64,000 nt of DNA from Raillietiella orientalis (lineage: Eukaryota): positions 1,116,001-1,180,000 of the forward strand of contig JAYWIR010000050.1 of assembly GCA_036172245.1 (NCBI GenBank), read 5' to 3'. Within the stretch, counting starts at the first letter, position 1. Every line of letters begins with the position of its first letter. Positions 1 to 10,560 of the stretch are shown here, piece by piece. The notes beneath the pieces are model-generated. The model had not been told where the DNA came from and made no database searches. It was given only the letters and a program-made list of their open reading frames with translations. Both the position numbers and the translations under genes were made by a program.

Positions 1-948
1 GAACACGTACCGACTCGCGTACTGTTCGTAGTACCTTGAGAGTGAGCGGTCTTGGGTATTCAGCTCTCGGTACGCTTCCTGCCTCAACCTCTTATCTCCG
101 AACTGCATATTGCAGAATAAATGGACCCTATGCTTCACACTGTCCCAGTCGGCGACCCTGCGGATAGTTTCATCTGGCAGAATCGCCTCGATGACCTCCT
201 GGTGGCAGGGAAGCGTCTCGAACCAGGCGGGCATGCAGATGAGCGCCGCCCTGGTAGCTTTGTTTCGCCGAGGATTCTCTGTTCGTAGGGAGAACCGCGC
301 CAACGGATGATCGGACAGCAAAGTTCGCATGTCACGAAATCCTTGTATGCGGTTCTCGATTTCCGAACTGTGCAGGACGTGGTCGATCGGCTTGTGGCTA
401 GCTGTTTGCCACTGAAGTCCGCAATCATCGGACAGCCGCCGATACGCCGTCCTTCCTCTAGCGTCCTGGGAATGAGTGATCTTATTCAAAATATTGAGGT
501 TGCCCGCGATGATGATAATATCCTTTGGTGCCACTCGTTTGCGGAGCGCTTCATGCAAGGCTTCCGCGCATCGATGTTTTAGTTTGTGTGGTCTGTATAC
601 GTTCACCAGGAACAGATGAACTTTGGCGGACCACGCTAGCCGTACGCCAACAGTTCGCTCCAACATTGGACAGAAGGTTTCCAAAATGGTGTGGGCGAGC
701 TCATTTTTAATGAGGATCGCCACACTCATGGTTTTCTTTTGTCCTTCGCTGACAAACAGTTGGCCGTTCAAGCGGCGTTCCAAGTCGAGGGTGATCTGGT
801 ATCCCAGCTTGTGTGTTTCTTGTAAACATATTATGTCCTGTTGTGCGATGATCCTTATAATTTCTTTTCTTTTTCCCTGGTCCGTCAGTCCGTTAACGTT
901 CCAGGAGGCGATGTTAATTCTCCTGGTGATAGATAAGAACGAGGCCAT
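1..948 (-). CDS. Non-LTR retrotransposon ORF2 N-terminus, APE-type endonuclease (element A), open to the window edge
   Basis: Manual translation from ATG at 948 gives MASFLSITRRINIASWNVNGL...DIICLQETH...VNVYRP...IIIAGNLN...PIDHVL...LSDHP. These are the APE/EEP motifs in order, with no stop to position 1. The ORF is absent from the ORF track, presumably because its stop lies outside the window. Confidence 0.9.
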   Translation of the reverse strand, partial: MASFLSITRRINIASWNVNGLTDQGKRKEIIRIIAQQDIICLQETHKLGYQITLDLERRLNGQLFVSEGQKKTMSVAILIKNELAHTILETFCPMLERTVGVRLAWSAKVHLFLVNVYRPHKLKHRCAEALHEALRKRVAPKDIIIIAGNLNILNKITHSQDARGRTAYRRLSDDCGLQWQTASHKPIDHVLHSSEIENRIQGFRDMRTLLSDHPLARFSLRTENPRRNKATRAALICMPAWFETLPCHQEVIEAILPDETIRRVADWDSVKHRVHLFCNMQFGDKRLRQEAYRELNTQDRSLSRYYEQYASRYVF

Positions 949-960
949 GAGGGGTTGGTT

Positions 961-1377
961 TTATTTTTTAGTTCTTCTGGTCTTCATCCGCCGAGGAGAA
1001 ACCTTCTTTCTCCCAGAAGCAGAAGGCCTTTCGCTTCCTGCATCGCTTTCTGTGCCAGTGAGGTCGGTGGTTTCTGCTCCTTGTTCCGACTGCTCACTGG
1101 CACTGGGTGGAAGCTTCTCAAGGCTCACCCTTTCGCAATATTCTGCTTTCACTTTAAGAAGCTTGTTCTCCAGCTTTTCACGATGGGTCACCTCCACCGT
1201 CCTGTTAATGTCGTCCTGGACTTCGCAAAAACGTCGAATTAATTGTTCTTGATCCTTCTTTCTCGCGATTTTTCCCCGCTGGACATCTTCTGCTAGCTTC
1301 TCTAATTCTTCGGCAACCTGCAGACTTTCCTCCGGTGCCGTGACACATTCTACCTCTACACTTTTGAAGTCCGCCAT
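961..1377 (-). CDS. Short ORF1-like protein of element A (charged, likely coiled-coil, basic C-terminal tail)
   Basis: ORF track 961..1380. It is E/K-rich and helical-looking, ends RKKVSPRRMKTRRTKK, and its stop lies 12 nt before the ORF2 ATG, matching the LINE ORF1-ORF2 arrangement. Confidence 0.6.
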   Translation of the reverse strand: MADFKSVEVECVTAPEESLQVAEELEKLAEDVQRGKIARKKDQEQLIRRFCEVQDDINRTVEVTHREKLENKLLKVKAEYCERVSLEKLPPSASEQSEQGAETTDLTGTESDAGSERPSASGRKKVSPRRMKTRRTKK

Positions 1378-1430
1378 CACGCTTTCTCTACTGCTTCCTT
1401 TAACTCTTTTACCTTCTCGGGGATTTCCTT

Positions 1431-3488
1431 TTACACCCGGGTGCGCCGGGGCGTTTATTTTTTAGTAAAAACAAACAAGCAAGTGTAGGGCTATTGCCCC
1501 TACAGCGTCCTAAAAAAATGTTCTAATAAAGAGTCTGAAATTGCCGAGTAGCAAGCACGCAGGCTGGCGAGTTCGACTCGGCAGCGGGGGGGGAAAGGAC
1601 AAATAAAAACAAAAAGAAAACACTATTTACAAAAGCAGGGAGGAGTTGGGGAAGCGATCACATTCCGCTGGAGTCGTCCTCTACATCCTTTCCAGGATGC
1701 CGGCAAGTTCGGTCCGCATATGCCCCAAATGGGACCATCTGGCTGCCGTCCTTAGGAAATGTAGGGCGGAGCAGATGATGTCCCTGTCGTTCAGTCCACC
1801 AGTGGCGGTGCTCCAGGCCGCCACAATCCCTCGTAGGCAGCAAAGGGCTGCGGCAGGCCGAAGGGCGTCACGCACAAAGAGGCGCGTCAGAACGTCTCTA
1901 GGGTTGATCGTGGGTGCTCCTAGGGCCGTTGCGAAACGCAACCACAGAGACCGGAGGGCAACACAGTCAAGAAGCAGGTGCGTGAGGGTTTCCCGTTCCC
2001 CGCACCTGACACAATTTGGGTCCACAGCCCCCCTCGTCCAGTGCGAACGGCGGGCGTTGCTGGGGAGTCCCCAGTGCAACACCAGGAACGCCGACTCCTG
2101 CCACTTCAGGGTGAGGGCCCGAGTAGTCTTCAGCACCGGGGGCCACTCGAGTACATCCATGGGGATGCTCAGCAGCTCGCCCCAGCGCAATAGTCCCTTT
2201 GGTGGGGCACTTGGGGTCTCAGCGTCTGTCAACTGGCCCGTGGTCCAACCACCTTGCTCTCTCTCTCTTCCAGGGATACTACACCGGACTTCCCATTTCG
2301 CCGGATGGCTACTGCCCAGGTGCTCCCTAAGGTGGAACAGAGCCGTGGCAAGGGAGGCCCTCTCAGCCCATGCGCTCAAGGTGGGCGGGCTGCACAATGA
2401 TGTCCTGCAGCGAGCGGCTCTTGTAATAGGAGAGCAGCATTCGCTGCCGCAACTCCGGGCTCGCTTCCTCGATCTGGGCCCACGTGCGAAGGCTTTCCTG
2501 CAACCAGGAATTACCGTTCGCGGGCCGACAGGAGATCCAGGTGTTCGTTCTGGTCAGCTTCGCCACTCGCCGAAGTGCCAGTCCGCAGTGGAACAGGTAC
2601 CGGCGTTTGCGGCGCGCTAGGAAGGTAGACAGTCCCGCGCAGCCGCTAGCTCGCTGAACAAGGCGTCGTTCAGGCTCGCACCAGCTGGTGCTCCATAGCT
2701 TCGCTACTAGAGTTATAGTCCTGAACTGCAGCTGCAGTTCCAGCCGCTCCAGCGTGAGGAGGCCGAGGCCTCCATCGCGACCAGGGGCACATAAGTCCTT
2801 CAAACGGACTCGGGGCCTACCTCTGCCCCAAAGGGCGATTCTGAGGAGGTCCTTCGTCCGCTTTCTGAACCGCAGGGTGGAGGGCAAACAAAAAGCAAGG
2901 GGCGAAAAAGGGGGGCCACGAACGTGTTCCACACCACGGCCCGTTCCGGCAAGAAAAACTTGCCATCCAGGAACGGGCCGATCGCTCTCTCGGCCTTTTG
3001 GAGGCAGCTAGACCACGCTTCCGCAAGGGAATAGTTTCCCAACGGCACACCAAGGTACTTAAAGTACGGTACCGTGGGGATCCCCAAGCTAGACCAATTC
3101 GGCTGCCCTGCCCGCGATGAACCAGCTGCAACCACGGATGACTTCGCTCTGTTCACCTCCAGCCCTGTCCCGCGACGCAGCAGCTCGAAAAAGTTTTCGA
3201 CCGCCGACGCCGGGGTGTACATGGGCACACGCGCGGCAGGCGACCAAGAGTCTCCCTGTATGCCCTCAGCACCAGCTCGAAGTAGGTGCTGAAAAGCAAG
3301 GGGCTTAATCTGTCACCTTGCCGTATCACGCGGCGCACCGGCACACCGAACACGTTTCTTCCTCTGAAAGAGATATTGGTCAGCGCGTCGCGCCAGCAAG
3401 AGCGCAGAAAGGCTAATAAGGAGGCCGGGAAGCCCAGGCGTTCCATTAGCTCCAGCAGGAGCTCTTGGTCGACGCAGTCAAATGCTTT
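1431..3488 (-). mobile_element. L1/Tx1-like LINE, 3' half (element B; continuation of C), frameshifted
   Basis: Contains KAFDCVD, RQGDRLSPLLF, VNRAKS, FKYLGVPL, GGLGL and the zinc finger CVRCGERETLTHLLLDC. The YADD region appears deleted relative to copy E. The 3' UTR ends in AATAAA plus a terminal hairpin at 1436-1459. Confidence 0.92.
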
Positions 3489-4579
3489 AAATGGAAACAC
3501 CTGAAGATGAATTATGCCAAAGGCGCCGCAAATGAGGCGCGTGAAGACTGCGGGCCATGTGTTGAACTTCCGGACTCATGGGATGATGAGGACGACCACC
3601 CCAGCGCGGCTGCCAGTTCCGCATCGACTCCCGTGCGAGCTGGTAGTTCCACAAGTGCCCCACCATTGGAAGATACCTCGGCACAAGCTGGCTCTCTGTT
3701 AGATGAGGAAGTTTTGGTTACGCCTGATGTGGCCAACTTGACAGCTGTACTATCGCCGATATCGGTAAGACCATGTGCTGTCACCACCATGGATATACCA
3801 GACGCGCCACCACGGCCTGTGGAAAGCGCACTCGACCACCACAAGCTGAGTCCGGAGCTTGAAGAATTTGCGCAGTGTGGCGCAAGCCCCCCCATTGTGG
3901 ATAAAGTGGAAGTTCGTTCTCCATGTGGCTCCTGCCACTCCACCCTTACTGTTGCGTCACCGTCGCAAGTTGGACTAGATATACTAGAGCAGCTCTCCCC
4001 TGTAAAAACTGTTGCACTGGTCGTCCCCCGTTCTCCCCCTTCACCCCCCCCCCCGTCCACCCGGTATATGTCCGTTCAGTGGAGGTGGGAGTTGCAAAGA
4101 CAAAGGGGCCGCGCCAGAAGAATTTTCACCCTTCGCGGGATCGCCGCCCTTCGGCCAGCGGCCTCGTTAGCAGCTCTGTGCTGCCTTCGCGGGATCGTCG
4201 TCGCCTGGAGCAAGGCTACGGGAGGACCACATGACCAGGCTGCCATCCAGCCAGCTTCCCAGTTCCTGAGGAGGGCGTCGCGATGGCCCCACCTGGATCC
4301 AAGCATGCAGCAAGAGCTTGCCGGCATCCTGCAAAGGATGCAACGGCCCCACCAGCAACTGTGATACCTTCCCGTACCCTCCCAGTTTTTTCTTTTCTTT
4401 TTGTTTTGTTTTTTGTTTTTCCCCTTCCCCTGCTGCCGTGTTGGCCGTACCGGTCTGCGAACCGGTGACCCGGCAGGCTCTGTGTTTCTTCGTGCGTGGC
4501 TGGAGCAATGGTCCAGCCACTGCACGTCTTTGTTAATGTTTGTTAATTAATAAACGCCCCGGCGAAATCCGGGTGAAAA
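3489..4579 (+). mobile_element. Chimeric or internally deleted LINE derivative (element D) inserted in the RT of element B/C
   Basis: Flanked by the 11-bp direct repeat TCAAATGCTTT (3478-3488 and 4580-4590). The 5' part encodes a Ser/Pro/acidic-rich reading frame. 4130-4364 is homologous to the ORF2 C-terminus (ALCCLRGIV.AWS). It ends in the family 3' tail. Confidence 0.88.
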
Positions 4580-5815
4580 TCAAATGCTTTTCGCAGATCG
4601 ACTGTGACCGCGAGGGCCCCCTCGCGCTCCCGACCATCTCGCGAACCACCAGCGGACGTCCCGCAACTCGGGGTGCTGACCTTATTCTTTTCATCTACTC
4701 TACACCGCTGGAACTCGAACCAGGTGTTCGCGAAGAGCAGGTTGGCGTCCATGCTTCGCCCGGGAACAGCGTATGTCTGTTCCGGGCTGATGAAGCTTTC
4801 CGCCATCCGCCCCATTCGTTCCGACCATAGCTTCGCAAGCAGCTTGGCGTCCGCGTTTGAAACGGTGATCGGACGCCAATTGCTGAGGTTCAGTAAGTCT
4901 CCTCCCTTCGGGAGAAGACGCATCTGTGCCGATCGGAAGGAGGCGGGAACGTCGCCTGCCTCCCGGATCAGCAGCGTTGACTGCTGCACCAGGGGGGCAA
5001 GCTCCGCCGCGAAGCATTGAAAAAACTCCGCGGGCAGGCCGTCCTCCCCCGGTGACTTCCGCCTTTTGAGCTTCCCGATTGCGGTGATGATTTCACCCAT
5101 CGTGAAAGGCTCATCCAGGCGTGCTCTCTCTTCCTCCCCGATCGCCGGGGCGCCATCCGGAAGCAAAAGCCGGGAAAAATCCCGGTCCGGAGGCACCCTG
5201 GTGTACAGGGAGGAATAATAACCGCGCACTAGGCTGCTCACCTCTGCCGGGGCCGAGTGCTCCTGGCCTTCGTCGTCCAGCAGGCTGGGCGACCCGGATT
5301 GCCAGGCCTGCCTCTCGGCCCCAGCTTTAAATTCCGCCAGTCTTCGGACGTCGGGTGTTCGGGTGTAACCACGGGCCTGCAGGTAAGCCCTCTCGTTCCG
5401 AATGCCTTCACCAAATCCTTTCGGGAGACGGTCCATGGGGAACTGCTGGCAGAACTCTCGGACCGAGACTTTCAAATCGTCCCAGTCGTCGAGCGTCTGC
5501 AGGCTGAAACCTCGCAAGAACGCGCGGAGTCCCCCGGTAGACGCCACGTCTGCGAGGGGGGCCCCCTGTCCCGCGGGCGAATGACGAACACGGGAGTGAT
5601 CGGAGACAGCGGACTGTATCTTACCTCTCCTGCCCACGCGACAGCGCAGGTGATCGTCGAGGAAGACGTGGTCCACGTTCCGCTCCATCCCGGCGTCCCC
5701 GGCCAACAAGTTGGATGCGTGCACCGTGGCGCACATCTCGTTAACCGGGGTGGCCTCTGTCCTCGCCGCACCTGATAGCAGGCGAATATTAAAATCGCCG
5801 GCTATCAGGTGCGCC
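4580..5815 (-). mobile_element. L1/Tx1-like LINE, endonuclease C-terminal half plus RT N-terminal half (element C)
   Basis: Reads IAGDFN, NVDHVF, SDHS, KSPGEDGLPAEFF, NWRPITVSNADAKLLAK, ISPEQ, VDLRKAFD. It resumes as KAFDCVD in element B after removing insertion D. Confidence 0.92.
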
Positions 5816-5820
5816 ATGCG

Positions 5821-5950
5821 CGCGCCTGCCTCCGACTTGCGTGCTGGTGGACCCCCCCCCCTCCCCCTTTGTTTCTTGTAGTCGTCGGTTGGGAACTTTG
5901 TTCTTAACTGGTTTCTTTTAAATAAACGCCCCGGTATGACGGGTGGAAAA
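5821..5950 (+). mobile_element. Solo ~130-bp 3'-terminal fragment of the same LINE family
   Basis: ttgcgtgc...ccccctttgtttct...aataaacgccccggtatgacgggtggaaaa, similar to the 3' end of the copy at 41141-41221. Confidence 0.75.
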
Positions 5951-8900
5951 CTTAAACCTCCTGGGCCTGCTTTCAGATGAGCCGCGTGCACAGCAGCACC
6001 ATGAAGCCAACGAGTGGCGCTCAGCAATGAGAGCGCGCAACTTGTTGGAGGAAGAGCCGGGGATGAAGGACAGCGTCTCCCTCGACAACCACCTTTCCCC
6101 TGGGGTCGGCGGCAGAGCGAGATCGACCCTGTCCTTCCATTCCCGGATTGAATTTCAGATTTGACCATGCGCAGAGACCCTCCAACCAAGGTGTACCGTC
6201 TCGCGGGGAACTTGCTGAGCCTCCCAGGGGCAGCGCAAAATATCCGCGAAATGCTGAGAGTCTTCACCATTCATAATCTCGCGACTGGAATCTTCGATAG
6301 ACCTCGGACAGCGAGCCCTGCGAGCAGTTTCCCCTGGACCGCCTGCCTGTGGGGTTTGGGGTGCCAATCCATATCGAAAGGGCACACTCGCACTCCCGAT
6401 GTTACGCGAGGATCCCCAGCATCTGACGCCTTGCTAAGAACAGAGACGGAGCTGAGCGCGAAGCCTGAAAGTTCAAATCTGCCAGTTTGCTGGACGACCA
6501 GATCCAGGAACACTCGGTCCCGGGCACGATAAGGAGCCTCGTGTGGTGATTTTATTCCTTCCTCTACTCATGGACACCTCCCAGAGCGGGATTTCTCTAG
6601 GTTTTTGCTGCCGGATGGTGCTAAGGCGATAGACAGGGGAGGAGGAGAGAGAAAACCTCAGCGAGCATTCCACGATCGGTTAGATCATCACTGCCATCGG
6701 GAAGTTCAAGAGGCGGAAAACACCAGGGATTGTCTGCCTACCTGCGGAGTTCTATCAGTGCTTTGCGGTAGAGTTGATCCCTCTGGTGGAGGAGTTGACC
6801 TTCCTGATTTGGGATGCTGGGAACGTTTCCTCTTCCTTCCTACCAGCAAGGGTGCGTTTCCTCCTAAGTAGGAGACCTGAGATTGTAATCAGCAGCTGGC
6901 GTCCGATCAGCGTGGTAAACGTCTACACCAAGTTGCTGGTGAAGTTATGGTCTGAGCGATTAGGACCGGTGGTTGAATCCATGGTCAGCCCATAAAAGAC
7001 CTGCGCTGTTCCCGGTAGAAGTTAGGATGCCAACCTGTTCTTCGCCAGCACATGGTTTGAGACACAGAGAAAGATAAGGAAAAGAAAGGAATTGTCGGCA
7101 ACCCGAATCTCAGAAAGTCAGGTGGACAGGGAAGGGAAAGCCAGGAGGCAACAGGAGCCTTAGCGGTTGCAATCGACCGTAAAAGGCATTTGACTGAGCG
7201 CATCAGGAGCTTCCTTTGGAACTCCTGGAACGGGAGGGTTTCCCAGATGTTTTAACGGCATATCTGCGCTCCTGCTGGAGAGACTCAGGGATGAATATCT
7301 CTTTCAGTGGTCAAAACATGAATGGCGTGCCAGCGTGATGCGGCATAAGGCGGGGAGACAGCTTGAACCCTTTGCTCTTCAGCACCTACTTCGAGTTTGT
7401 GCTGAGAGTAGACAGGGAGACTCTGGCAACCATGCGGAGTTCGTGCCCCGGCACACCTGCCGTGTCGGCGTATGCCGACGATCTTCTGCTCCTGCTGCCC
7501 ATGTCCGCCCCGGCATCAGCACTCGAGAACTTTTTCGATATGCTGGGCCGCGCGACGGGATTCCGGATTAACAGGGCAAAGTGGTCGGTGGTGGCAGTTG
7601 GAGCCACGTGGGAAAGACGGCCTGATTGGATCCGCTCGGGGATCCCCACGGGCAGATAACTGAAGTACCTTGGCGTTTCGTTAGGGGAATTCTGCCCGTC
7701 AGAAGCCTGGTCAGGTCGTCTCCAGGAAGCGGAGTTGGCGATCGGTCTGTTTCTGGAGGGTAAGTTTCACTTGCCGGAACGGGCCGGGGTGGGGAACGCT
7801 TTTGCGGCCTCCATCCATTGCCCCCTGCTTTTTGTTTGCCCCATCCCCCCCCCGGTTGAAAAAACGGACGAAGGACCTCCTAATCACCTCCCTGTGGGGC
7901 AACGAGAGGCCTCGAGTCCTTCTGATGGACTTGTGCGCTCCACGTCGGGACGGCGGTCTTGGCATCCTAACGTTTGAGCAGATGGAGATTCAGCTCCGAT
8001 GGCGAACCTTGGCCATCGCAGCGAATTATTGGAGCACCCCATGGGGCGTTCCCTCTCGTCTCCTCGCCCGCCATGTCTCCGGAACGGATGGACTGGCGTC
8101 TCATTTTTTGTGCCGCTACCGGAAGATCAGAAGATACGGCCTCCTCCTCAGACGCATAGCCTCCATGGCGAAGGAGAACAGCTGGATGGTGTGTAGCCCC
8201 GCCAACTCTAGCGCATGGCTAGAAGAAACAGCTAGTACGTGGGCGAAGATAAACCAGCCGAGGAATGAGATGTGGAACTGCCTGCGATTGAGCAACCTCG
8301 CCCGCTGCTCGCTGCGGAAGGTCCTGGAGTGTCCAGCCAGGAGTACGCGGGCAGAGATGACCCCCCTAGCTACGGCGATGCCTTTCCTGAGGAGGACGCT
8401 AGGCAGAAGCCAGACGCTGAGGTGGCAGGGAGGGGGAGGTGGCAGGTCTCCTGCGAAATTGGAGGCAAACAGAAGTTGTTAAGCGGATGGTCCATGGGAC
8501 AGCTGGCAGACTCCACCGCCCCAAGTATCCTTCCGCGAGGGCTGCAGAGATGGGGCGAGCCGCTCGGCATTCCGGAGGATGATCTGAAGTGGCCCTCAGT
8601 TCTGAAGGACACCAGCATTCCTCCCCTGAGGTGGCAGGAGTCGGTGTTTCTGGTGTTGCACTGGGGTCTCCCCTGCAACGCGCGCCGTTATCATTGGACG
8701 CTGGGGAGGGTGGATCTCAACTGTATCCCATCTGCTAGTGGACTGTGTTGCCCTCCGGTCCTTGTGGGAACGTTTCGTAATGACTCTCCGGATCCCGGTT
8801 GGCAGCCCTCCCAGAGACGTTTTTTGTCTCCTCCTCGTGATGGACACCCTGCAGCCAGTCACCTCCCTGGAAGCACTTTGCTGCATCCGCGGGATTGTGG

Positions 8901-9281
8901 CGCTTGGTTGCCACAATGGAGTGAAGCCGACGAATAAACAGACGACAAGAGGGACGTCATCGAGTATGCAGTTCGTTCCTGCGGATAGCAACCCGATGGC
9001 CCAACCTGGGAAGCATGAGGAAGGACCTCGACGGCATCCTGCAAAGGATGGACACTCCCCCTCGCGGACAGTGATCCCTTCCCGGCCCTCCAGATTACTT
9101 TTTTATTTAATTTTCGTTTTATTTTTATTTTTGTTTTTTGCCCCATCCCCCTCCGCATCCGAGGAGATTCAAGTCGGTTTGCGTACCGACGACCCGGCAG
9201 GTCCGTTGTTGTGTTGGCCGTAGCGGGGCCTCGTACCGCCAAGTATGTCAGTTTTTTAATAAAGGCCCCAGCGTGACCGGT
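5951..9281 (+). mobile_element. L1/Tx1-like LINE (element E), 5'-truncated and degraded by frameshifts and stops
   Basis: Collinear with B/C: QFPLDRLP, HTRTPDV, SWRPISVVNVYTKLL, PLLFSTYFE, SAYADDLLLL, INRAKW, GGLGIL, WQESVFLVLHWGLP, LCCIRGIV. The 3' tail has AATAAA at 9258-9263. Confidence 0.92.
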
Positions 9282-9892
9282 CGGCAACGTCGAACAGCAC
9301 GCCACGCACCACGCCCCTGCCACCCTGCGATGCACGAGGAATGCGGGCTCTGCAGGTCCTGCGGAGCATCGCCACCAATGCAGCGCCGTCCTACCGGTGG
9401 GCGTTGCTCGATCTGCTCAGGCTCTTGATCCCAGATGCCGCGGGTTTTCTGTAGGGATGTCAATCGCATCGGCACAGAGCGTCAAGCCCTTTCACGTGCG
9501 AAGAGGCTACGCTGAAGCGACGAGAGGAAGCGACTCCTCGCATCAAACGCTGGGAAGTTGGCAGGGTGAACCCTTTCATCTCCCCCCTCTTCTCCCCCTC
9601 CTTCGCCACAAACCGGCGAGAGGTCACCCGGCAGCTCGACAGGTTGATGAGCTGATGCGCTTCCGGCTTCTGCCGTGCTTCTTGCTACTGATTCCTCGGA
9701 TTCAAGGATCCTTGTTTTGAGGAAAGCATGGTAAGGTCAGTGGCAGCAGGCTCACGCCTGCGCGCCCTGGCCGGGCGCTCTACCTGTTTCCGAGCGGGTG
9801 GAACGCTATGTGCCCGTGGCGTGGGACTCCTCATCGCAGTCCCGTAGTTTCCAGTCGCTGTAAGCGTGTAACGCGCCTGCTCAACGGCTGTG

Positions 9893-10560
9893 TTGACACC
9901 TGGTTGCGCCGGGGCGTTTATTTATACAAAGTAAACAAACAAGACAGTGGCTGGACACTTGGCCCTGCCACGGTTACAGATAGAAGTCCAACTTGCCAAG
10001 GACCGGCACGAGGCCGTCGAGGTTCGCCTCGGCAGCAGAGGGGGAGGAGAAACAACAAAAAAGAAAGATAAAACAAAAAAATATATACCAAAAAATTGGG
10101 AGGGTTCGGAATGGCATCACCAGGTGCTAGAGGGCGTCCTCTGTATCCTTTGCAGGACGCCGTCAGGTTCCTGTTTTAAGATTTCCAAATAGGGCGATCG
10201 TAACGCTGTTCTCAAGAAGATGACGCCAAAGTAGATGGGGTCCATATCGTCCTGGCCTCCTCCTCTGGCATTGCTCCATGCTGTCACGATCCCGAGTAGG
10301 CAGCACAGTGCTGCTAGGAATGCGGCCGGCGTGAGGGCGTTGCGCAAGAAGCGCTTTAAAACGTCTTTGGTGTTGCCCTCGGGGTTCTGCAGGGGCGGCA
10401 AAGCTCTCCCACAGGGGATGGAGGGCAACACAATTTACGAGCAGCTGCAGGAGGGACTCTCTCTACACCTACTGCAGTTGAGGCTTACATCCCTCCTGGG
10501 TCCAATGATGTCGTCGGGCGTTGCACGGGAGTCTCCAATGCAACAGAAGGATCGCCAATA
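9893..10560 (-). mobile_element. 3' end of an L1/Tx1-like LINE (element F)
   Basis: Contains ALCCLLGIVTAWS...GVLQRIQ. The 3' UTR and the AATAAA-CGCCCCGGCGCAACCAGG tail lie at about 9896-9922. Confidence 0.85.

Noticed and set aside
1646..2620. Long plus-strand ORFs over the GC-rich region (also 623..1252 and 5257..5775)
   Set aside because: These are antisense shadows of retrotransposon coding sequence with no independent motifs.
2981..3001. ATCGCTCTCTCGGCCTTTTGG resembles the 5' end of U2 snRNA, tempting because some Tx1 families target U2
   Set aside because: It is the antisense of in-frame ORF2 codons (QKAERAI). The similarity stops after about 20 nt, there is no downstream U2 sequence or element junction, and the homologous site in copy E differs.
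4543..6270. 575-aa ORF as one intact protein
   Set aside because: It reads by chance through antisense element E and a solo 3' tail before entering the real APE/RT of element C, and ends inside insertion D.
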